Notes under the pieces: model-generated
The model's input: the letters and a program-made list of their open reading frames with translations, nothing else
The model's database searches: none
What the model was told of the DNA's origin: nothing
Source: an uncultured Prevotellaceae bacterium
GTDB lineage: Bacteria > Bacteroidota > Bacteroidia > Bacteroidales > Bacteroidaceae
Assembly (NCBI GenBank): GCA_900318115.1
Contig: ONJJ01000021.1
Coordinates: 8,773 to 72,772 of the forward strand
Direction of reading: 5' to 3'
Length of the DNA stretch: 64,000 nucleotides
Part shown: positions 18,707 to 25,831 of the stretch, piece after piece
Numbering within the stretch: the stretch's first letter is position 1
Layout: every line of letters starts with the position of its first letter
Program-made: the position numbers and the translations under genes

Positions 18707-18744
18707 TGTGGGGGGGGCTGTGGGAGGGGGTCTGTGGGAGGGGG
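18707..18744. repeat. G-run tandem tract (TGTGGG(A)GGGGG(T)C x3) between the cassette and the ATPase stop
   Basis: TGTGGGGGGGGC TGTGGGAGGGGGTC TGTGGGAGGGGGC on the + strand (C-rich on the mRNA). Confidence 0.7.
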
Positions 18745-19506
18745 CTACTGAATCTGCCGTCCATCCAAGAACTTGATAATCCTGTCCGTCTGTTCGGCTT
18801 GCTTCTCGTTGTGCGTCACCATGACTATGGTGCGGCCGTCCTCTTTATTCAGCTTATGCAGTAGCTCCATAATCTCGGCGCCCATCTTCGAGTCGAGGTT
18901 ACCTGTGGGCTCGTCGGCGAGGAGGATTTCGGGGTTACCGATGATGGCGCGGGCGATGGCTACGCGCTGACACTGACCACCAGAGAGTTGCGTTGGGCGG
19001 TGCTTCATGCGGTGCGAGAGGCCTACGCGGGCAATGACTTCCTTGGCCAGCCGCGTGCGCTCGCTGCGGCCTACGCCCCGATAGATAAGGGGCAGCATCA
19101 CGTTGTCCAGTACGTTCAGCGTCGGGATGAGGTGGAAGCTCTGGAAGACGAAGCCCAGCGTCTTGTTGCGGATCTCCGCCAGACGGTTGTCGCTCATCTT
19201 CGGGTCGATGCGCTGTCCGCACAGCTCTATCTCGCCGCTGGTGGGTTCGTCTAAGAGTCCCATGATGTTCAGCAGCGTCGACTTGCCGCAGCCCGAAGGT
19301 CCCATGATGCTGAGGAACTCGCCCCTCTTCACTTCGAGGTTCACATTTTCGAGGGCTTGTGTCTCTACTTCGTCGGTACGGTAGATCTTGTTGATGCCGG
19401 TAAGGCGGATAACAGCCTCACCCCCAACCCCTCTCCGAAAAGAGAGGGGAGTGGTTACATCTTGACTCGGTTGATTCTGGTCGTTAAAAATCTTTTCAGT
19501 GTTCAT
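18745..19506 (-). CDS. ABC transporter ATP-binding protein (MacB/LolD-like NBD)
   Basis: Walker A GPSGCGKST, signature LSGGQCQRVAIARA, Walker B ILLADEPTGNLD. The 31-residue N-terminal extension contains the repeat-encoded TTPLSFRRGVGGEA. Confidence 0.9.
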   Translation of the reverse strand: MNTEKIFNDQNQPSQDVTTPLSFRRGVGGEAVIRLTGINKIYRTDEVETQALENVNLEVKRGEFLSIMGPSGCGKSTLLNIMGLLDEPTSGEIELCGQRIDPKMSDNRLAEIRNKTLGFVFQSFHLIPTLNVLDNVMLPLIYRGVGRSERTRLAKEVIARVGLSHRMKHRPTQLSGGQCQRVAIARAIIGNPEILLADEPTGNLDSKMGAEIMELLHKLNKEDGRTIVMVTHNEKQAEQTDRIIKFLDGRQIQ

Positions 19507-19639
19507 AATTTCCTTTTATTTAGTTAATAATTCTATTCTTGAAACTAATAACTCCCCTCATAACTCCCCTCTCCTTTCGGAGAGGGGTCGGGGGTGAGGC
19601 CACTCCCCTCTCCTTTCGGAGAGGGGCGGGGGGAGAGTC
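19415..19639. repeat. Composite palindromic cassette, variant B (one unit in the ATPase 5' coding region, two tandem units upstream, AT-rich spacer with start codon)
   Basis: GCCTCACCCCCAACCCCTCTCCGAAAAGAGAGGGGAGTGG (19415-19454). ACTCCCCTCTCCTTTCGGAGAGGGGTCGGGGGTGAGGC (19563-19600). CACTCCCCTCTCCTTTCGGAGAGGGGCGGGGGGAGAGTC (19601-19639). ATG 19506 lies in the spacer. Confidence 0.85.
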
Positions 19640-19641
19640 TT

Positions 19642-22203
19642 CTACTCTTCCTTTATTGCCTCCACTATATTACTCCTGCTAATCCTCCACGCCGGTATGG
19701 CCGTAGCCACGAGCACGGTCCCTAATATAATAAGGTACACGCACGCGGAGACGACGAGGAAGTGGGTGCCGAAGCTGTCGAACCAGAAGTGGACGGCGGG
19801 ATTATGAGTGCCGTAGTCGTCGCCGAGGCCACGCGCAGCGGCAAACTGGAAGTAGATGATGCAGCCGATGACGACGCTGACGGTGGTGAGCAGCCACGCC
19901 TCGCGCAGGAAGCCGAGGAAGACGCTCCACTTCGTAGCGCCGAAGGCACGACGGATGCCGGCCTCCTCGCGACGCTGCCGCGTGTACATAAGCAGGGTGC
20001 CGAAGACGCCGAAAGCCAGGTTCGAAGCAAAGAAGGCGGCAATGAGTGAGTTTCGACGGACGCGTCGGTCTGGCCCCGTTCGTCGGTCTCTTTCTGCCGT
20101 GGCTTCCCTACTCGACTGCATACGGCGCACGAAGCAATGCTCCATTGTCAGGTCTGTCTCCATCTGCCGCTGATGACTCTGGATGAACTGCTCTGCATCC
20201 ACGCCCTCGCGCAGCCGCAGGATGATGGGTGCGTTCGGGAGATAGCCGTTGTCACATTCAAAGATACAGGAGAAGTCGCGGTCGTAACTGCTGTAGCGCA
20301 TATCTTCAACCACGGCACGGATTCGGTATTCCGTTTCTATCCATTCTACATTTCCTGTCTCTTCCTTGTAACCAAACTTCGTTCCTCCTATCTTCCTGCC
20401 TGCCACGTCGATAGTGCCGAAAAGCCCCATGGCGGCGGAACGTGTGATGATGACGGTCTCACCATCCACGCAGTCGTGGGTGAGTTCGCTGTTGGGTACG
20501 CTGGGCGTCAGCGATTGGAAACCATAGACTTCAAACATCCGGGAGTCGGGACTGAATTGCCAGTTCCAACCCGTGATGGTGTCGCCGTCGACGAAATAGC
20601 TGCGACCTGGCACCACCACGCCAAAGCCCATCGGAGTGCAGTGTGCCGTATAGGCCATCTCCACGCCATCCATCTCCTGCGCCTTCTGCAGCAGCACCTC
20701 CGCCTCCTGCATGGATTTGTACAAGTCTTTATGCTGCTCTTGTCGCGTCACGGAACGCGCTACTTCCAAATTCACAAGGCGGTCGGGGTCGTAGCCAAGG
20801 GGAAGGTGCGTGACGTAGGAGGTGATGAGTACGGGGTCTAAGGTCCACCAGAGGACGAAGGTGACGAGGATGAGTTCTGCAGCTATCCATATCTTCGAGC
20901 GCCATCCCCCACCCTCGCCCTGCTCTTCATTCATCATGCCTTCCACAATCGGCTTACGAAGGCTGAGCCACGCAGGCAAAGTTGCTGCCAATACATTCAA
21001 CGTACAGCAGATAACGAGGGCAATGAGGAAGATGGCAGGGACAAGGAACATCTCGCCGCGAAGAATAGGCACAACGGGCGACAGGCCGTAGATTCCAGAG
21101 AATATGTAGAACACCCAGTCGCGCCAGGCGTAGAGCGCCAGCCAGGCGAGACACAGCCCCAGGAGCCCGCCGATAAGCGTCAGCGTCAGGTTCTCACGTA
21201 TGACCTGCCAGAGCAGCGTGCGCCGCTTGGCACCAAAGGCTTTGCGCACCGCCATTTCCGGCAGCCGGCGTTGCATACGTGCTGCCACCATTCCGCTGAG
21301 GTTCAGCGCAGGCACCAGCAACAGGAGCAGGATGGCAGGAGCAACGTACCACGTCAGGTTAGAACCCCACGCACTGAACACCGTGCCGAGGTCTTGCCAG
21401 ACGGCGGCGTAATGCGATTTGAGTTCGGCATTCATATCCACAGGTCTGTCGCCATGCACGGCGTTGTAGCGCGATTCCACTTCCTTCAGTTCTTGCATGA
21501 AAGCATCGCGTTGACCGTACGGAACCACAAAGCTTACCTTTAACGGAATCTCGTGGAAATCAGCAGCCCAGTCTTCTACAATGCCTTCGGCTGTATAAGG
21601 GATCCACACATCCGCCACACATTCTTCTGTCAGCACGCTCGGTGTCTGTACTACGCCGATGAGGCGGTAGGGACGGTGGTTGATGATGATGGTTTGACCC
21701 ACGGCTACATTTGCACCCTTCGCCACCTCCTCCGTCACCACGACCACAGGCCGATGGGCATCGAAGTCATCCTGCGTGAACGGAGCGCCTTGAAGGAAAC
21801 GAAACTGGAAGAAACGGAAGAAGCCCGGTTCCGTCAGCTTTACGTTCACTTGGCGGTCGTGCAGGCCATCGGCCAACTTCATATAGAACTCATCGGCGCC
21901 CCAAAAATTCATCCAAGCGGTAATGCACGTAGGCGTCTGCATCGTCTGAAACAAGTCGTGGAACACATCTGGCCGTATGACTTCCACCTTATCGGATTCG
22001 TTCTTCCTGCCCATGTATTCCATATAGTAAGTCTTGCTCCTATTCACCTCCGGCGCGATGTCCGCCACCTTCACATAATAGATCTCGGTGATGAGCATCG
22101 TGAAAGCGATGGCGAGGGCGGTGCCGAGGATGTAGATAGTGGAAAATAGTTTCTCCTCGCGCATCCTGGCCAAGGCCTGACGAATATACATAAACACTTT
22201 CAT
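19642..22203 (-). CDS. Fused double FtsX/MacB-type permease (type-1 half plus type-2 half, 853 aa)
   Basis: The N-half MKVFMYIRQALARMREEKLFS... to ..LPAWLSLRKPIVEGMMNEEQ matches the whole of 24328..25689. The C-half ..IWIAAELILVTFVLWWTLDP.. to ..AIPAWRISRSNIVEAIKEE matches 22893..24230. Confidence 0.9.
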   Translation of the reverse strand: MKVFMYIRQALARMREEKLFSTIYILGTALAIAFTMLITEIYYVKVADIAPEVNRSKTYYMEYMGRKNESDKVEVIRPDVFHDLFQTMQTPTCITAWMNFWGADEFYMKLADGLHDRQVNVKLTEPGFFRFFQFRFLQGAPFTQDDFDAHRPVVVVTEEVAKGANVAVGQTIIINHRPYRLIGVVQTPSVLTEECVADVWIPYTAEGIVEDWAADFHEIPLKVSFVVPYGQRDAFMQELKEVESRYNAVHGDRPVDMNAELKSHYAAVWQDLGTVFSAWGSNLTWYVAPAILLLLLVPALNLSGMVAARMQRRLPEMAVRKAFGAKRRTLLWQVIRENLTLTLIGGLLGLCLAWLALYAWRDWVFYIFSGIYGLSPVVPILRGEMFLVPAIFLIALVICCTLNVLAATLPAWLSLRKPIVEGMMNEEQGEGGGWRSKIWIAAELILVTFVLWWTLDPVLITSYVTHLPLGYDPDRLVNLEVARSVTRQEQHKDLYKSMQEAEVLLQKAQEMDGVEMAYTAHCTPMGFGVVVPGRSYFVDGDTITGWNWQFSPDSRMFEVYGFQSLTPSVPNSELTHDCVDGETVIITRSAAMGLFGTIDVAGRKIGGTKFGYKEETGNVEWIETEYRIRAVVEDMRYSSYDRDFSCIFECDNGYLPNAPIILRLREGVDAEQFIQSHQRQMETDLTMEHCFVRRMQSSREATAERDRRTGPDRRVRRNSLIAAFFASNLAFGVFGTLLMYTRQRREEAGIRRAFGATKWSVFLGFLREAWLLTTVSVVIGCIIYFQFAAARGLGDDYGTHNPAVHFWFDSFGTHFLVVSACVYLIILGTVLVATAIPAWRISRSNIVEAIKEE

Positions 22204-22245
22204 CTTTCTATTGCGATTTTTACGAATGATTATTCACCCATTTCC

Positions 22246-22262
22246 TTGCAATTTCCGTGCCA
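22246..22262 (-). promoter_or_regulatory. Sigma-54 promoter (TGGCACGGAAATTGCA) upstream of the fused permease / ATPase / third permease pair
   Basis: Minus-strand TGGCAC-N5-TTGCA, -12 element about 45 nt upstream of ATG 22203. Confidence 0.8.
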
Positions 22263-22304
22263 GACTTGTAACTCATTGATTCTGAGCGATGCCTTAAAAG
22301 CGAC

Positions 22305-22343
22305 TGTCCATTTCTGGACACACGATGTGTTCGGAAATGGACA
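22305..22343. promoter_or_regulatory. Paired enhancer (UAS) dyads for the NtrC-type activator
   Basis: TGTCCATTTCTGGACA (22305-22320) and TGTTCGGAAATGGACA (22328-22343). The same pair recurs at the other two sigma-54 promoters. Confidence 0.7.
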
Positions 22344-22420
22344 GATGAAGAAATGAGGAACGTCTGCAGGGAACCTGAAATGATTGACCCTGCTGAGGCC
22401 TGTGGGCGGGCAGAAGAAGA

Positions 22421-22861
22421 TTTTTTCATTTTTTAACTTAGAAAAGTGCGCACCTGTCACCAACGGGCGAATCCGGTTGCTTTTCATAGCTCCATTCAGC
22501 CGGACTCATACCCAAAGACTTCCAGTCATATACATATATTCGTCCTTAATTCATCTTAAAACCACCGCGTGGTTTTTACAAATCACGATGTGGTTTTTAT
22601 AACCCACCCCTTGGTTTTGACGAACTACGGTGTGAATTGTAGATGAAAACAGGACGTTTGAAAGAAGAGGCCCAAACAGACAGAGATATCAACCTCCTCC
22701 ATCCAGTTTTTGTAGCGACAACAAAGCGCGCCACATCGTCGTTCCTCTCGAGGATTGATGTGCTTTTGAGTTGGTGAGTTTGTAAAACGACGAGTTAACA
22801 GCAAAGCGCACCTACCCATTGGTGACAGGTGCGCTCTTTTCTAAGTTAAAAAATGAAAAAA
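22421..22861. mobile_element. 441-bp non-coding element bounded by 47-bp terminal inverted repeats (MITE-like or invertible segment)
   Basis: The left arm is TTTTTTCATTTTTTAACTTAGAAAAGTGCGCACCTGTCACCAACGGG (22421-22467). The right arm (22815-22861) is its reverse complement with 2 mismatches. There is no credible ORF inside. It lies between two sigma-54 transcription units. Confidence 0.65.
22558..22640. repeat. Four dyad-symmetric sites phased at 21-22 bp inside the TIR element
   Basis: AAAACCAC-CGC-GTGGTTTT (22558), AAATCAC-GAT-GTGGTTTT (22580), AACCCA-CCCC-TTGGTTTT (22601), GAACTAC-GGT-GTGAATT (22622). Confidence 0.6.
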
Positions 22862-22892
22862 ATTTTGGCTATGTGGCAGCGCAGCCCGGTCT

Positions 22893-24230
22893 TCACTCCT
22901 CCCTCAGCGCATTGGTGATACGTGTCCTTGTGATGCGCCATGCTGGTATGGCGGTTCCGATGAGGACGGTGACTAATATAATAAGGTACACGACGGCGGA
23001 GACGATGAGGAAGTGGGACCAGAAGTGGTCGGGCCAGGTCATATCGGTGGCGAGGTCGTAGAACATGGGCATGTAGAGCGTTTCAAAGGCCGTGACGCCG
23101 TCCTCGGTGGTGGTGATGCCGCTGTAGGCATAGTTCAGGTAGATGATGACTCCGATGAGTACGGCGGCAGTGGCGAGGGCTTCGTTCCGCAACAGCATCT
23201 CGCAGAACAGACGGCGGCGGGTGGCACCAAAGGCTCGGCGTACACCACACTCTTCTGTGCGACGCTTGGCGTGGAGCCAGACGGTGCCGATGACGGCGAG
23301 GACGAGATTCAGCAGGAAGAAGAGGGCGAGGGCCAGACTGCGGTTCACCTCCTGTGTGCGGCCGTCGTCCAATTCCTGCTGCTGCAGACGGTCATCGTAG
23401 GTCATGAGCGTGCTGATGCGAGCGAAGTTAGTCTTGCCGCTACGGATGAGGTCTCGGCCGTGATCCTCCACAAAACGGCGGGCGTCAACGCCCTCGCGCA
23501 GACGAAGAACAAAGAGGCATTGGGTGGTTTGCAGGGTTCCGGGTTTGAGGATAATCGAGCGCTGGTTGAAGGGCAGCGCCTTGCGGAAATCCTCCACCAC
23601 GCCGGCCACCGTCACCTCGTAAGCCGGCTGATAGCATAACGTGAAGCGGCGGCCCACCACGTCGGCGGTGCCGAAGAGGGCAATGGCACCAGAGCGCGTG
23701 AGCACCACCTTCGGTTCCTGCCATGGGATGCGTGAGAGTTCTTCGGCAGAGGGGCTGCCAGGCAGAGGATGCAGGCCGTAGGTCTCGAAGAAGCGGGAGT
23801 CGGGAATGAACAGGACATGTGCCAGCAGGATGGTGTCGCCCTCATTGCAACATTGAAGATAGCCGGAGCTGGTCGAGCCGATGGAGGAGTAGCGGTCGTC
23901 GTAGAGGTACGCTGTCTCCACGCCTTCTACTTCCGTCAGCTGGCGCGTCAGCTGCTGGCGGCGTTTCTCGGTCATCTTATAGGGGTCTGTCAGGTCGCCA
24001 TCCTCATCGGTTTCCCATTCACCATCCACGGTACATTCTCCGTAGAGCAGGCGGCTGGTGTCATAACCTAATGGCAGGTTGCGGTAATAGAGATTGACAA
24101 CGGCAGGGTCGAAGACCACCCAGGCAACGACGGTGATGATGACGAGCTCGAGGAAAAGGACGGACTCTCCCCCCGCCCTCCCTGTTAGGGAGGGAGCGGA
24201 ATGTATTTGACTGGCTGTATTCATTTTCAT
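22893..24230 (-). CDS. FtsX/MacB-type ABC permease, type-2 paralogue (first pair), with repeat-encoded N-terminus
   Basis: FtsX block ..CGVRRAFGATRRRLFCEMLL..AIPAWRITRTRITNALREE. The first 23 codons MKMNTASQIHSAPSLTGRAGGES lie in the palindromic cassette. Confidence 0.85.
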   Translation of the reverse strand: MKMNTASQIHSAPSLTGRAGGESVLFLELVIITVVAWVVFDPAVVNLYYRNLPLGYDTSRLLYGECTVDGEWETDEDGDLTDPYKMTEKRRQQLTRQLTEVEGVETAYLYDDRYSSIGSTSSGYLQCCNEGDTILLAHVLFIPDSRFFETYGLHPLPGSPSAEELSRIPWQEPKVVLTRSGAIALFGTADVVGRRFTLCYQPAYEVTVAGVVEDFRKALPFNQRSIILKPGTLQTTQCLFVLRLREGVDARRFVEDHGRDLIRSGKTNFARISTLMTYDDRLQQQELDDGRTQEVNRSLALALFFLLNLVLAVIGTVWLHAKRRTEECGVRRAFGATRRRLFCEMLLRNEALATAAVLIGVIIYLNYAYSGITTTEDGVTAFETLYMPMFYDLATDMTWPDHFWSHFLIVSAVVYLIILVTVLIGTAIPAWRITRTRITNALREE

Positions 24231-24322
24231 TTATGTTTTATTGTTCATTTAATCTTTTTAAGTGTTTACCATCCTTGAAGGTATTTGCTCCCTCCCTAAC
24301 AGGGAGGGCGGGGGGAGAGTCC
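24162..24322. repeat. Composite palindromic cassette (two inward-facing units plus 89-nt AT-rich spacer carrying a start codon)
   Basis: GGACTCTCCCCCCGCCCTCCCTGTTAGGGAGGGAGC (24162-24197) and GCTCCCTCCCTAACAGGGAGGGCGGGGGGAGAGTCC (24287-24322). ATG 24230 lies in the spacer. Confidence 0.9.
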
Positions 24323-24327
24323 GTTTT

Positions 24328-25689
24328 TTATTGCTTTTCCATCATTGATTCTACAATAGGTTTGCGCAAACTCCACCACGCAGGCACTACGGCGGCGAGC
24401 AGGTTGAGGAGGAGGATGGCAGCGAAAGCACAGAGGAAGAGTGTGGGAGCAAAGAGCATCTCACCTTCCACGATGGGTGCTGTGGTGAGCGTGCTTCTGT
24501 CGAAGAACATGCCAAATATCTCCGTGCGCAACCCGTAGATGGCGAGCCACGATAGAGCGAGACCGATGGCACCGCCGATACTAGTCAGCAGCAGGTTCTC
24601 CCATACTACTTGATTTAAAAGTGTGCTGCGACGTGCACCGAAAGTCTTGCGAACCGCCATCTCCGCCGACCGCCGTTCCATGCGTCCCGCGACAATGCTG
24701 CAGAGGTTCAGTGCAGGAACAAAGAGCAACACGAAAAGGATGCCCGCGTAGTGCTTGAAGAGCTGCCAACCCGTGACGACGCCGAAGACGCCGTCGCGAT
24801 TCTCGGTGCGCAGCACGTGCATCGGGTGCGTTTCCAAGCCCTTGGTGAGCACCATCGTCATCTTCACGCCTTCGCCGAAGCTGAAGTTGCGAGTGGGCAT
24901 CAAATCTGGCTGAGACAGCTGGAGGCGCACGACCAGGTCATCCAGTTCCTGCTTCAGCGCCTGAAGGTGCTCACTGTCTTTCACGGTGGCGATGACGGCG
25001 AACAGGCCGGAATAGGGTGAACCTACATAGAAATCCACAAGCGTGTAGGGGATGATAATGTCGGCATAGCTGTCGGGGGTGAGCTGGCTCCCACTGCGCA
25101 CCACGCCCACCACGCGTGTCTCGGGGTTGTTCTCGATGGTTATCATGCGTCCCAAGGCGTTCTCACCCTTACCGAACAGCCGCTCGGCCAGCGCATCGGT
25201 GATGACACAGACGGCCTCCTTTGCCTCCACCTCCTGTGCTGTGAAAGGCCGACCGCTCACGAAGTCGTACTCGTAGATCTTGAAGAAGTCGGCATTGGTC
25301 CAGTTCTTGACGACGTTGATGTACTCGTCATGACCACGCACCACACAGGCGTGACTGCGGCTATCCATCTTGCCCGTTCCTGCGGCGAGTAGCGTGGGTG
25401 CGCAGTACTCGATATGAGGACTCGGAAGGAACCACTCCTCAAACGCCTTTGGGCTAAAACCCGTGTTGCCCTGTCCACCATTCTCGGCCTGAATGTTAAT
25501 ACCCTCGAAGTACACCGTCCGCGAACGGTTCACTTCGGGGTAGATGGGAGCGAGCTTGATGTAATAGACCACCGCCATCACCATCGTGAAGGCAAGGGCC
25601 ATGGCGGTACCTGCGATGTAGATACCGGAGAAGAGCTTCTCCTCGCGCATCATGGCCAGGGCCTGGCGAATGTACATAAATACTTTCAT
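24328..25689 (-). CDS. FtsX/MacB-type ABC permease, type-1 paralogue (first pair)
   Basis: Start set at ATG 25689 (MKVFMYIRQALAMMREEKLFS), matching the start of 19642..22203. The track start 25755 would run through the sigma-54 promoter. FtsX block ..MAVRKTFGARRSTLLNQVVWENLLLT..VPAWWSLRKPIVESMMEKQ. Confidence 0.85.
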   Translation of the reverse strand: MKVFMYIRQALAMMREEKLFSGIYIAGTAMALAFTMVMAVVYYIKLAPIYPEVNRSRTVYFEGINIQAENGGQGNTGFSPKAFEEWFLPSPHIEYCAPTLLAAGTGKMDSRSHACVVRGHDEYINVVKNWTNADFFKIYEYDFVSGRPFTAQEVEAKEAVCVITDALAERLFGKGENALGRMITIENNPETRVVGVVRSGSQLTPDSYADIIIPYTLVDFYVGSPYSGLFAVIATVKDSEHLQALKQELDDLVVRLQLSQPDLMPTRNFSFGEGVKMTMVLTKGLETHPMHVLRTENRDGVFGVVTGWQLFKHYAGILFVLLFVPALNLCSIVAGRMERRSAEMAVRKTFGARRSTLLNQVVWENLLLTSIGGAIGLALSWLAIYGLRTEIFGMFFDRSTLTTAPIVEGEMLFAPTLFLCAFAAILLLNLLAAVVPAWWSLRKPIVESMMEKQ

Positions 25690-25731
25690 CTTTCTATAAC
25701 GAATTATACAAATGATTATACACCCATTCCC

Positions 25732-25748
25732 TTGCAATTTCCGTGCCA
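25732..25748 (-). promoter_or_regulatory. Sigma-54 promoter (TGGCACGGAAATTGCA) upstream of the first permease pair
   Basis: Identical 16-mer to the one at 22246-22262, about 45 nt upstream of ATG 25689. Confidence 0.8.
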
Positions 25749-25791
25749 AACGCATAACTCATTGATTCTGAGCAATAGCATAAAAAACAAT

Positions 25792-25830
25792 TGTCCATTT
25801 CTGGACAATCGGAGTGTTCGGAAATGGACA
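25792..25830. promoter_or_regulatory. Paired enhancer (UAS) dyads
   Basis: TGTCCATTTCTGGACA (25792-25807) and TGTTCGGAAATGGACA (25815-25830), ending 1 nt before the kinase stop codon. Confidence 0.7.
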
Positions 25831-25831
25831 A

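Noticed and set aside
22384-22819. Small ORFs inside or overlapping the TIR element (22384..22602 +, 22625..22819 -, 22230..22487 -) as a possible exported peptide or bacteriocin precursor
   Set aside because: Their ends are dictated by the inverted repeats, so the same peptide KLKNEK.F appears from both arms. They have no leader-peptide features such as a double-glycine motif, and no promoter or initiation context.
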